Source: Erysipelothrix inopinata (lineage in GTDB: Bacteria > Bacillota_I > Bacilli_A > Erysipelotrichales > Erysipelotrichaceae). From it: a DNA stretch of 32,000 nt. A program made the position numbers and the translations under genes. Under the pieces are notes generated by a model. That model searched no databases and was not told where the DNA came from. It worked only from the letters and a program-made list of their open reading frames with translations. The stretch is from NCBI RefSeq assembly GCF_014396165.1, contig NZ_CP060715.1:1110001-1142000 (forward strand), in the 5' to 3' direction. This document shows, one piece after another, positions 18,242 to 26,716 of this stretch (positions within the stretch are counted from its first letter, which is position 1; every line of letters starts with the position of its first letter).

Positions 18242-19312
18242 ATGGAAATACTTGAAGAGTTAGGAAATAGAATAAAAGAAATTAGAGATAAAAAAGGGAT
18301 TTCTCAAACGGTTTTAGCAGAAAGATCGGGAATCGTAAGAGAACAAATATCTAGAATTGAAAATGGGCAAATTAATGCAACAATAGAATCTGTATATAAA
18401 CTTAGTTTAGGTTTAGATGTGGAAATAGCGGAGTTGGTTAGCTTTAGTAATAACAATATATATATAAACACAAAAAAAGAAAATAGAATCAAGCCATTAG
18501 TAAAATGGGCAGGTGGGAAAACTCAATTACTTTCAGAAATAAGGAATCTTTTACCCGCCACTTACAATAATTACTTTGAACCATTCATTGGTGGTGGTGC
18601 ATTATTTTTTAGTATTATGCCAGAAAATGCTGTTATCAACGACTATAATTCAGAATTAGTCGCTGCATATAGGTGTTTTGAAAATATTAATAGCTACTTA
18701 CAACTAATTGATATATTAAAAAAACACGAAGTCAATCATAACGAAGGGTACTATTTAAGTATTAGAGAGTTGGATAGAACAGAAAATTTTGATCTACTGA
18801 GTCAAGAAGAAAAAGCTGCTCGTTTTATTTACTTGAATAAATCATGTTTTAATGGCCTATATAGGGTGAATTCAAAAGGTCAATTTAATGTTCCGTCAGG
18901 GAAAAAAAGTGCCGTTAAAGCATATGACGGAGAAAATTTTCAGAGAATATTTTCTTATTTTGATGAAAATAATATTAAAATATTGAATGAAGATTTTGAA
19001 GTAGCTGTTCAAGATGCAACTTCAGGAGATTTTGTGTATTTTGATCCGCCATATGATAGTTTTGAAGCCTCTGATTCATTCACATCATATTCTAAAAATG
19101 GTTTTGATAGAGATGATCAATTTAGGTTGATGAAATTATTTAGAAATCTAGATAAAAGGGGTGTCAATGTTATGTTATCTAATCATAATACCCCATATAT
19201 CAATGAACTTTACAAAGGATTTAATATTAAAGTAGTCAAGGCTAAAAGAATGATAAACTCCAAAGCAGATGGCCGAGGCTTTGTAGAGGAAGTTATAATT
19301 ACGAATTATTAG
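18242..19312 (+). CDS. XRE-family HTH domain fused to a Dam/DpnM-like N6-adenine (GATC) DNA methyltransferase
   Basis: N-terminal LGNRIKEIRDKKGISQTVLAERSGIVREQISRIENGQ is an XRE-type HTH. It is followed by KPLVKWAGGKTQLL, FEPFIGGGALFF and FVYFDPPY, the D12-class MTase motifs. The ATG at 18242 is preferred over the upstream GTG at 18197. Confidence 0.85.
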   Translation: MEILEELGNRIKEIRDKKGISQTVLAERSGIVREQISRIENGQINATIESVYKLSLGLDVEIAELVSFSNNNIYINTKKENRIKPLVKWAGGKTQLLSEIRNLLPATYNNYFEPFIGGGALFFSIMPENAVINDYNSELVAAYRCFENINSYLQLIDILKKHEVNHNEGYYLSIRELDRTENFDLLSQEEKAARFIYLNKSCFNGLYRVNSKGQFNVPSGKKSAVKAYDGENFQRIFSYFDENNIKILNEDFEVAVQDATSGDFVYFDPPYDSFEASDSFTSYSKNGFDRDDQFRLMKLFRNLDKRGVNVMLSNHNTPYINELYKGFNIKVVKAKRMINSKADGRGFVEEVIITNY

Positions 19313-19319
19313 GAGGACT

Positions 19320-20126
19320 ATGAAAAATATCAATTGTAATAAGAAAAAAATCATGATTGATGAAGATGATTTTGTGTTGATGCATGGTGATTCTTTAAAA
19401 TTGCTAAAAAAAATAGAACAGAATAGTGTTGATATGATTTTTGCAGACCCTCCGTATTTTCTTTCAAACGGCGGTATTACTGTTCAATCAGGAAAAATGG
19501 TTTCAGTAAATAAAGGCGAATGGGATGAAGGAATGTCTCTAGAAGAAAGACATAAATTTAATCGAAAATGGATTCGGATGTGCAAGAATGTATTAAAGGA
19601 TGATGGAACAATATGGATAAGCGGAACAATGCATAATATATATTCAATTGGTATGGCATTAGAATTAGAAGGTTTCAGTATCATCAATAATATTACTTGG
19701 GAAAAATCAAATCCTCCTCCTAATCTTGCGTGCAGGTCATTCACTCACTCAACAGAAACGATTTTATGGGCAAGAAAGCAGCTTACTAGCAAAAAGAAAG
19801 GTAAACATCAATTCAACTATAGTGTTATGAAAAAGATAAATGGTGGAAAACAAATGAAAGATGTTTGGACTTTTTCTACTACTCCTCAACGTGAAAAAAA
19901 ATGTGGTAAGCATCCCACTCAAAAACCAATAGCAGTTTTGGAAAGAATTGTTTTAGCATCAACAAATAAAAATGATGTAGTCTTAGATCCATTCAATGGG
20001 AGCGGAACGACAGGGATTGTATGTTCAATGCTTGGCAGACGTTATATTGGAATTGAACAAGAAAGTGAGTATATTGAACTGACAGTAAATAGACTAAATA
20101 GTTTAAAGGAGAACAAGGATGATTAG
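19320..20126 (+). CDS. Second DNA methyltransferase, DpnA-like (N6/N4 beta-class)
   Basis: IFADPPYF motif IV lies near the N-terminus, with DPFNGSGTTG (motif I) near the C-terminus. 268 aa, in the middle position of a DpnII-type cassette. Confidence 0.85.
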   Translation: MKNINCNKKKIMIDEDDFVLMHGDSLKLLKKIEQNSVDMIFADPPYFLSNGGITVQSGKMVSVNKGEWDEGMSLEERHKFNRKWIRMCKNVLKDDGTIWISGTMHNIYSIGMALELEGFSIINNITWEKSNPPPNLACRSFTHSTETILWARKQLTSKKKGKHQFNYSVMKKINGGKQMKDVWTFSTTPQREKKCGKHPTQKPIAVLERIVLASTNKNDVVLDPFNGSGTTGIVCSMLGRRYIGIEQESEYIELTVNRLNSLKENKDD

Positions 20127-20979
20127 AGATTTCGATGAATGGCTTATGAACTTTAAAAACACAATAGTTGATTGGGATTATTACGTTAATTTTCCCAAAG
20201 TTTATAGCAATGTAGAGAGTATAAAAGTGGAGTTAAATATTTTGAATAGCTTAATCGGATCAAAGGATATTGAAACAGAATTTAAATCACTTGCTACGAA
20301 TTACCCAGAAATTATTAAGGTAATTCCGATTCTAATAGCAAAGAGAGAAAAAGAAATTGCAATCGCAGATAATAAAGAAGAGTTTTTTTTCAACTTTAAT
20401 CAACCTAACTATTCAATTGATGAATATTGTAATTTCATGAGAAAAACTGGACTTTTTAATTTACTTGAGAATCATCTCGTAGGGGATTTGACTGACTACG
20501 TTAAGGGAATAGAAGTGGGATTGGATTCCAATGCACGTAAAAATCGTACCGGGCATCTTATGGAGGATATAGTAGAAAAATTTATAGTAGATGCAGGTTA
20601 TGAAAAAAATAATAATTATTTTAAAGAGTTAAAAAAGACCGAAATAGAAAAAAAATATGATGTTGATCTATCTGCTTTAAGTGGCAAATGGAAAACGAAC
20701 AAGCGATTTGACTTTGTCATTAAATCAGAAAAGACGATATACGTTATTGAAACCAATTACTATAGCGGAGGCGGATCAAAATTAAATGAAACTGCAAGAA
20801 GCTATGAAATGTTAGGAACTCAAGCAAAAAGTATCGAAAACTTTGAATTTATATGGATTACTGATGGTCAAGGGTGGAAATCTGCAAAAAATAATTTAAG
20901 ACAGACTTTGGAAAGCGGTGTAAACGTTCTTTCGTTAAAAGATTTAGAAGAAGGAATTCTCTCTAAAATAATAAAGTGA
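20119..20979 (+). CDS. DpnII/MboI-family type II restriction endonuclease (GATC)
   Basis: 286 aa. N-terminal FDEWL...DWDYYVNFPKVY..VELNILNSLIGSK resembles the DpnII endonuclease family from memory. Third gene after the two methylases, overlapping the preceding gene by 8 nt. Confidence 0.75.
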   Translation: MIRDFDEWLMNFKNTIVDWDYYVNFPKVYSNVESIKVELNILNSLIGSKDIETEFKSLATNYPEIIKVIPILIAKREKEIAIADNKEEFFFNFNQPNYSIDEYCNFMRKTGLFNLLENHLVGDLTDYVKGIEVGLDSNARKNRTGHLMEDIVEKFIVDAGYEKNNNYFKELKKTEIEKKYDVDLSALSGKWKTNKRFDFVIKSEKTIYVIETNYYSGGGSKLNETARSYEMLGTQAKSIENFEFIWITDGQGWKSAKNNLRQTLESGVNVLSLKDLEEGILSKIIK

Positions 20980-20987
20980 GATAAAAT

Positions 20988-21986
20988 ATGACCTCTATAG
21001 TAGTAATAGGAAATGGATTTGACTTGCACCACGGTTTGAAAACCAATTATAGCGATTTTTTCAACGAAAATATAAATAATAAAGATGTTGAGGATTACAA
21101 TAATTTAATACTACAAAGATTTCCTGATATTAGTAATGATTGGACTAAAATAGAAAACAATATATTAAAAATTAGGAAGGTATATTCTACTGCAGAAAGT
21201 CAACTAGTAATGTGCGGAAAAGTTATCGGCTATGAGAATTTCAATGAATTTATAGAATTACAAAAAAAAATAACTAAATTATTTATAGAGTACCTTAAAA
21301 ATAATACACACTTTGATAATATCCAAATGAATCCCAAAATAAATGGTTATCTAATAGCTTCACCGTTAATTGTGAATTTCAATTATACTGATACTGTTGA
21401 AAGTATTTATTGTTTGAATTGCAAGCACCCAAATGGATTCATTGACAATGGTTATGTGATATTTGGTCATATGATGGAGAGTATTCCCCATGATGGCAGC
21501 ATGAATTACGATTTGAATATTAAGCATTATCAACGGATAATAATGAGTTTTTATAATCAAATACGTTTGAAGTACGATGGAGAGACTGTTAAAAACAAAC
21601 TGAGAATTTTTGAAGATGAAGTGATTACAGAATTAGGAATCGATGGACATGGAGCAGGTATTGATGAATCATATAGTCATACAGATCCGGATATTAATTA
21701 CTTTATAAAAAATAATTATGAAAAAATATATCGACCCATTAGTTATTTTTTTAGTGATTTGGAAGCAAAATTGGACATCAACCAACTAGTTGTGATGGGA
21801 CATGGTATAGAAGCAGATACTGATTTTTATGAAATAGTGAATCAAATATATCACATAAAAGAAGTAATTATTTTTTCACACGATAGAATTAAAACAAATA
21901 AAGAAGAAATTCCACTTATAAAGAAAATTTTTAGAACTGTAAAAATCAATATTGAAGATTATACCAACACAATTAACATTAAGTAA
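20988..21986 (+). CDS. AbiH-family abortive infection protein
   Basis: N-terminal IVVIGNGFDLHHGLKTNYSDFF matches the conserved AbiH N-terminal motif. 332 aa, separated from the endonuclease stop by 8 nt. Confidence 0.75.
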   Translation: MTSIVVIGNGFDLHHGLKTNYSDFFNENINNKDVEDYNNLILQRFPDISNDWTKIENNILKIRKVYSTAESQLVMCGKVIGYENFNEFIELQKKITKLFIEYLKNNTHFDNIQMNPKINGYLIASPLIVNFNYTDTVESIYCLNCKHPNGFIDNGYVIFGHMMESIPHDGSMNYDLNIKHYQRIIMSFYNQIRLKYDGETVKNKLRIFEDEVITELGIDGHGAGIDESYSHTDPDINYFIKNNYEKIYRPISYFFSDLEAKLDINQLVVMGHGIEADTDFYEIVNQIYHIKEVIIFSHDRIKTNKEEIPLIKKIFRTVKINIEDYTNTINIK

Positions 21987-22121
21987 TATTTGATTTATTA
22001 TGCTTTTTATAGTAAATAGTATTATTTCAACTAACTTGAACCTAAAATGATTATCACTTTATTTAATAAATAATATCAGCTAATCGTGAAATACATATGG
22101 CATGGGAGAGGAAAATTAAAA

Positions 22122-22871
22122 ATGAAAAAAAAATATATATTTATATTAGCTTTGTTACTGCTTGTTTCTGGATGCAGCAGCAAGACGAAAACGATTACCC
22201 TACATCTCGATAAATTTAGTTTTCTAGATGGAACTAGGCGTAAAGATGTTACCGTAGAGAATGGAAATATTGTCGGTGCAACCCCTTCATTAAGTTCTGA
22301 GGCAACTCCATATTTTATTGAGTGGAAAGATGAGAAAAATAATTCGGTAGAATTGAATAATATCCCGAAGAATGCAAGAACACTTGTGGCTGTTTGGGAT
22401 GAAGAAAAAATTGCTGAAAAAAAACAAGAAACTGTTTCAAAGGAAGAAACAAACCAAGAAGAAAAAGATAAAAGTGATGATGAAGCTAGAAAAAAAAGCG
22501 AAGAAAAATACGAATTGGTTGACAAATATTCTAAAGAAATCGAAGAAAAACTGAATGCTGATATGGGAGATTTTTCTAATTTTAAGGTGAAGCGTAAAGT
22601 TATGCAAGGTAAAAATCTAATTTCAATCGAAATAGATATCACTAGTCAGGAAATTATAAATAATTTTACAGATAACATCACCTCAGGTAAATATAAAAGA
22701 GAGGTTGCTTCTTTTCTGGATGCTTTAAAAATTCTAGAGTTATCTATAGTGAAGGGTAATCCAACGGATCATAATATTTTTGTCACTATTTTGAATCCCG
22801 CAAATAAAAAAAATGTATTGTATGGATCTTTGGACGGAGTAACGTTGGATTCATACTTCGTCACGAATTAG
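22122..22871 (+). CDS. Lipoprotein with a Listeria/Bacteroides-repeat-like N-domain and a K/E-rich linker
   Basis: MKKKYIFILALLLLVSGC has a lipobox (LVSGC). GGGAGAGGAAAA RBS. The ATG at 22122 is preferred over 22086. The segment ITLHLD...YFIEWKDEKNN...LVAVWDE resembles that repeat type. Confidence 0.7.
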   Translation: MKKKYIFILALLLLVSGCSSKTKTITLHLDKFSFLDGTRRKDVTVENGNIVGATPSLSSEATPYFIEWKDEKNNSVELNNIPKNARTLVAVWDEEKIAEKKQETVSKEETNQEEKDKSDDEARKKSEEKYELVDKYSKEIEEKLNADMGDFSNFKVKRKVMQGKNLISIEIDITSQEIINNFTDNITSGKYKREVASFLDALKILELSIVKGNPTDHNIFVTILNPANKKNVLYGSLDGVTLDSYFVTN

Positions 22872-22884
22872 AATACTATAAAAA

Positions 22885-22927
22885 GGTCTTTAGTACTTCA
22901 AAAATTAGAAATACTAAAGCCTTTTTT
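22885..22927. terminator. Bidirectional terminator between convergent genes
   Basis: GGTCTTTAGTA (22885-22895) pairs with TACTAAAGCC (22912-22921) with a 1-nt bulge. It is flanked by an A run upstream and T6 downstream. Confidence 0.65.
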
Positions 22928-22931
22928 ATTT

Positions 22932-24473
22932 TTATTGATTTTTTTTAATATGTGCTTCGAGTCCTTCGCGAACATCTTCAACACCCATACCAATAACTAT
23001 TTGAATATGGTTTTTCTTTGAAATAATACCTGAGTTACCAAATTGATTAATGAGGTCCTTATTTACAAGAGAGTCATCAATGAGATCAATTCTTAATCGT
23101 GTAATACAGTTGTTAATTTCTTTGATGTTTTCTACACCACCTAATCCATCAACAACAAGTTGATAGTTTCTGTTTGTAGTGGAGAGTTCCGATTCATCAT
23201 CGAAGATATTGTTCTCTGCCTCATTGAAGTTATCTGTTCTACCAATAAGTTTGAGATCCCATTTCTCTATCACAAACTTGAAGACAAAGAACTCAACGGC
23301 GGTGAGTATGACAAATAGAATTGGAACAAGCCATTGTCTACCAAGTTCCATTGGAATGATGATAGAGTTCATAACTGTTTTTATGACTGTAGAGACTTCA
23401 ATATTAAGTCCTACAAGGTTGGATAGCATGAGTCCAAATCCATATACAATACCATGGAATACCCATAAGATTGGAGCGGTAAATAGGAATAGGAATTCGA
23501 TTGGTTCTGTAATTTCCGCAAACATAGCCGCGAATAGTGCTGGTAAGACGATTGCCTTAACTTTTGATTTATGTTCTGGCTTCGCAGTATGAATCAATGC
23601 AAGACAGATACCAAGTGGTAGGGCTGTAAATCCGAAGTTTGCAAGATATCCAACGGATGGATGAATTGCGGTAATTTGACTGACACTACCAATTTCTGCT
23701 AACCATATATTTAGAGCTCCTGCATATGATGCTCCAGCAACAGTTGCGGTTCCACCAAGAGGTGAGAAGAGGATTGGCATATAGAGTAATGAATGAAGAC
23801 CCATTGGTAACAGCATTCTATTTGCAAATCCGTAGATGAAGAATCCAAATGATCCCGACTTAGATATGATGTTTACAAGTCCTTCGATGAGACCGTTAAT
23901 GAATGGCCATACGTATGACAGTATAATAGCTAAGAAGATTGATACAAAGATCATGACGAAGTATACAAATCGTGTCCCTTCGTAAGGTGCAATCATCTTA
24001 TGAAGTTTCTTATCATGATATTTGTTGAATACATAACCTGCAACACAACCGAGTAGAATTCCTAAGAAGACTCCCATGTCAACGACTTGGAATCCAAGGA
24101 CCATAGCTTGACCAGTACCAGCAAGGCCATATTCTCCTGGAGTTGCAAGTTGGTTTGTTACAGTTAACCATTGGTTATTGGCTACAAGGAATAGTAAGAA
24201 TGTTACGATACCAACGATGGCAGCATCGTTTTTCTTTGTCTTCGCAATGGATGTTGTTAGCGAGACACAGAAGATGACAGCCATTTGGCTAATAAAACTA
24301 CCTGTTAAAAGGTTAAAGAGGAATGAGCCACATTGTTGAATGAATGTTGGCATAAACTCCATCTTAAGAACAGCAGAGATTGAAATTAATAAACCTGCCA
24401 GTGACATAAACATAACTGGCCTAATAATAATTCTAGAAAACTTTTGCATTGATGACATTATTTTATCTTTCAT
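22932..24473 (-). CDS. PTS glucose/maltose/alpha-glucoside-family EIICB component
   Basis: 513 aa. The multi-TM EIIC begins MQKFSRIIIRPVMF. The C-terminal EIIB domain has NCITRLRI, the phospho-Cys motif. AGGAGGAG RBS. Confidence 0.85.
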   Translation of the reverse strand: MKDKIMSSMQKFSRIIIRPVMFMSLAGLLISISAVLKMEFMPTFIQQCGSFLFNLLTGSFISQMAVIFCVSLTTSIAKTKKNDAAIVGIVTFLLFLVANNQWLTVTNQLATPGEYGLAGTGQAMVLGFQVVDMGVFLGILLGCVAGYVFNKYHDKKLHKMIAPYEGTRFVYFVMIFVSIFLAIILSYVWPFINGLIEGLVNIISKSGSFGFFIYGFANRMLLPMGLHSLLYMPILFSPLGGTATVAGASYAGALNIWLAEIGSVSQITAIHPSVGYLANFGFTALPLGICLALIHTAKPEHKSKVKAIVLPALFAAMFAEITEPIEFLFLFTAPILWVFHGIVYGFGLMLSNLVGLNIEVSTVIKTVMNSIIIPMELGRQWLVPILFVILTAVEFFVFKFVIEKWDLKLIGRTDNFNEAENNIFDDESELSTTNRNYQLVVDGLGGVENIKEINNCITRLRIDLIDDSLVNKDLINQFGNSGIISKKNHIQIVIGMGVEDVREGLEAHIKKNQ

Positions 24474-24493
24474 GTTTTCTCCTCCTAAAGTTA

Positions 24494-25249
24494 TTACTTA
24501 ATGACACTAAAATTAACGAGTTTAATTTTATCGTGATTTTTTATTTGTTTTGAAAAATCTGAATTAATAACAAAATCTAAAGTACGTGTTCTTTGATCGG
24601 TTAGTGATGAATGTTCAAGTACATAACGATCAAGATATCCTGGATGACAAATAAGTTCTAGAGATTCATAGGTTAAACAGTCATCAATAATATTATCAAG
24701 ATAGGGTTGAAGCATAGTCGGATGTATATCTCCACAAGTATCGAAGTGTAGATCGATACGTTTGGTTGAACGGATATCATCAGGAAGATTATAGTTTTTA
24801 CGAACAGGAATATCATACTTTCTTCCGAGTGCTTCAATAACTTCTCTATTTTTCCCTAATGCGTGAACGTGATGATGTGAATCGAGGTGCGTTGGTGTAA
24901 CACCAAGTTCAATGATTCTTTTTATTTGAGCATCCCATTCTTCAAATAACTCCTTGTTATCGATTGTGAATGTCTCATCTTGATAGAAAGATAGCTTGTG
25001 GAAGTTCCCTTCGGCATCCGTTAAAGTTTGGTGTGTCTTTAAGAGTGGTTTACCAGCAGTTAAAGTGAGATGAACACCAATACCTAAATCGGGATAAAGA
25101 TTGGCTAAACCTGCTGCATAAGCTGTAGCAGGCATATTAGCCATAAGTGTTGTGGATGTAACGATTCCATACCGATGAGCATCGACGATGCCATCCGTAA
25201 TACCTTTACTTAATCCGAAGTCATCAGCGTTAATAATGAGATATGTCAT
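24494..25249 (-). CDS. YdjC/ChbG-family carbohydrate deacetylase
   Basis: N-terminal LIINADDFGLSKGITDGI and HLDSHHHVH motifs are typical of YdjC. Its start overlaps the upstream stop (TAATG). Confidence 0.85.
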   Translation of the reverse strand: MTYLIINADDFGLSKGITDGIVDAHRYGIVTSTTLMANMPATAYAAGLANLYPDLGIGVHLTLTAGKPLLKTHQTLTDAEGNFHKLSFYQDETFTIDNKELFEEWDAQIKRIIELGVTPTHLDSHHHVHALGKNREVIEALGRKYDIPVRKNYNLPDDIRSTKRIDLHFDTCGDIHPTMLQPYLDNIIDDCLTYESLELICHPGYLDRYVLEHSSLTDQRTRTLDFVINSDFSKQIKNHDKIKLVNFSVIK

Positions 25250-26568
25250 TATTTTAACTCTGGCCAGTAACCTTCATTAGCTATGATCATCTCATCAAGT
25301 ACTAATTTCGCAACACGTGCTGAAGGAACTGTTTGGTTAAGAGTAAATGCTTCTAAAGCTTTTTGATAGGAACCTTCGAAGAATGCGTCAACAAGAAGTT
25401 TCTCAGCTGCAACTTGTGCTTCCATAAGGCCTTTGTGGAAATCTGGAATGTCATGACGAAGTGAGATTGGTTCAACGCCTCGTGCATTAACATACACTGG
25501 AACTTCAACAACAGCATCTGATCTTAAGTTAGGGATTGCGCCTCGGTTAGGAACAATTAATTTGAAACGACCGTTTAGGTTGTTGAGTAGGGATAATGCA
25601 ATATCGACGATATACTGACTGTGAGCTCCTTTTTCAAAGAAGTCATCATTCTCTACATCAGGATTTTCTCTAATTAAATCCGCAACTTTCGCAATGTGTT
25701 TTAAGCGTCCGTCCATGATGACATTGGCACGTGTATAGTTAGGATCTTGTTTTTCAACAAACATGTCTGGATATAAATAGTATTCTAAGTAGTTGTTGGA
25801 AATATTGTTTGGGAAGTTACTGGTAATATAACCAAGCATATCGTAAGTTTTTTGCCAGCTTGTTTCAAGACCGGGTACAGAGATCCCACCATTAATAACA
25901 CCTTCAATAAGTTCAGGCATGATATCACGTTTTTCGTTCACATCATAAATACTATCAAACCAACCGAAGTGGTTTAAGCCATAGTAATCAGCAATCCAAT
26001 TCTTACGATCGTATCCAAAGTTTTCTGCAAGTGCTTCTTCAATACCAATCGTCATATCGCAAGCGTTAATAATTTTGGCATTTGGGAACTTACGTCTCAC
26101 TGATTCTGAAATAATTGATTCAGGGTTTGTATAGTTAAGAATCCATGCATCGGGAGCGTAGTCTTGAATAAATTGAACCATTTCAAGGAAACCACCCATT
26201 GAACGCATACCGTAAGCAAATCCACCAAGTCCACATGTTTCTTGTCCAACAAGACCATGTTTAAGCGGGATTTTTTCGTCAAGTTCGCGCATCTTCATTC
26301 CGCCCACACGAATTTGTGCAAAGACAAAGTCGATGCCAGTGAATGCAAGTTTTGGATCATCGGTTGCGAGAAGGTCAATGTGAGCCATATCGTTTTGTCT
26401 TAAGATATAGTCAACAATCACATTCATGTCATCATTACGTTTAAAATCTGTGTCATATAAACGAATTTCTGAAATTGGAAATTCTTTATAGTTATCTAAT
26501 AATAGTTGTACAATCGCTGCAGTATGGGTACTACCACCACCTGCAATACATATTCTTTGTTTCTTCAT
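25249..26568 (-). CDS. Glycoside hydrolase family 4 6-phospho-glycosidase (GlvA/MalH- or CelF-like)
   Basis: ICIAGGGSTHT NAD-binding N-terminus, with internal CDM and NYTNP motifs of GH4. The ATG at 26568 lies 5 nt after GGAGG and is preferred over 26598. Confidence 0.85.
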   Translation of the reverse strand: MKKQRICIAGGGSTHTAAIVQLLLDNYKEFPISEIRLYDTDFKRNDDMNVIVDYILRQNDMAHIDLLATDDPKLAFTGIDFVFAQIRVGGMKMRELDEKIPLKHGLVGQETCGLGGFAYGMRSMGGFLEMVQFIQDYAPDAWILNYTNPESIISESVRRKFPNAKIINACDMTIGIEEALAENFGYDRKNWIADYYGLNHFGWFDSIYDVNEKRDIMPELIEGVINGGISVPGLETSWQKTYDMLGYITSNFPNNISNNYLEYYLYPDMFVEKQDPNYTRANVIMDGRLKHIAKVADLIRENPDVENDDFFEKGAHSQYIVDIALSLLNNLNGRFKLIVPNRGAIPNLRSDAVVEVPVYVNARGVEPISLRHDIPDFHKGLMEAQVAAEKLLVDAFFEGSYQKALEAFTLNQTVPSARVAKLVLDEMIIANEGYWPELK

Positions 26569-26649
26569 AGCATCCTCCATTATTTTTGTAGCTAGCACAC
26601 CTGTAATGTAACATCCTCTAACCCAAATTAATAGAACTATGGTAAAATA

Positions 26650-26663
26650 AGAAAGCGATTACA
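26650..26663. promoter_or_regulatory. cre-like CcpA operator AGAAAGCGATTACA
   Basis: 13 of 14 matches to TGWAANCGNTNWCA, in the divergent intergenic region between the GH4 operon and rpiR. Confidence 0.4.
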
Positions 26664-26716
26664 CCGTTGGTGTCAATTTACATTTTTGGTAAATATTTAC
26701 ATAGAGGAGGATACCC

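Noticed and set aside
4882-22554. Same-strand alternative-frame ORFs 4882-5085, 5235-5426, 8302-8499, 10655-10849 and 22372-22554
   Set aside because: They are embedded out of frame in well-supported genes (EIIB, EIIC, gnd, esterase, lipoprotein). They have no RBS and odd composition, so they look like chance ORFs.
22420-22560. K/E-rich repetitive stretch in the lipoprotein gene, considered as a DNA-level tandem repeat
   Set aside because: It is purine-rich low-complexity coding sequence (GAA/AAA codons) without a defined repeat unit, consistent with a charged linker.
1021-26282. Minus- or plus-strand shadow ORFs lying antisense inside longer, motif-supported genes: 1021-1221, 1520-1780, 2117-2341, 2440-2673, 5360-5629, 5427-5828, 6176-6409, 6467-6715, 8924-9106, 9315-9641, 10269-10472, 10417-10638, 13566-13787, 15915-16142, 18304-18492, 19484-19744, 21366-21560, 22076-22642, 23179-23592, 26097-26282
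   Set aside because: Each lies fully within a longer ORF on the opposite strand that has clear family motifs and an RBS. None has a recognisable motif or RBS. Several are low-complexity mirror images, for example the S/F-rich 22076-22642 opposite the K/E-rich lipoprotein linker.
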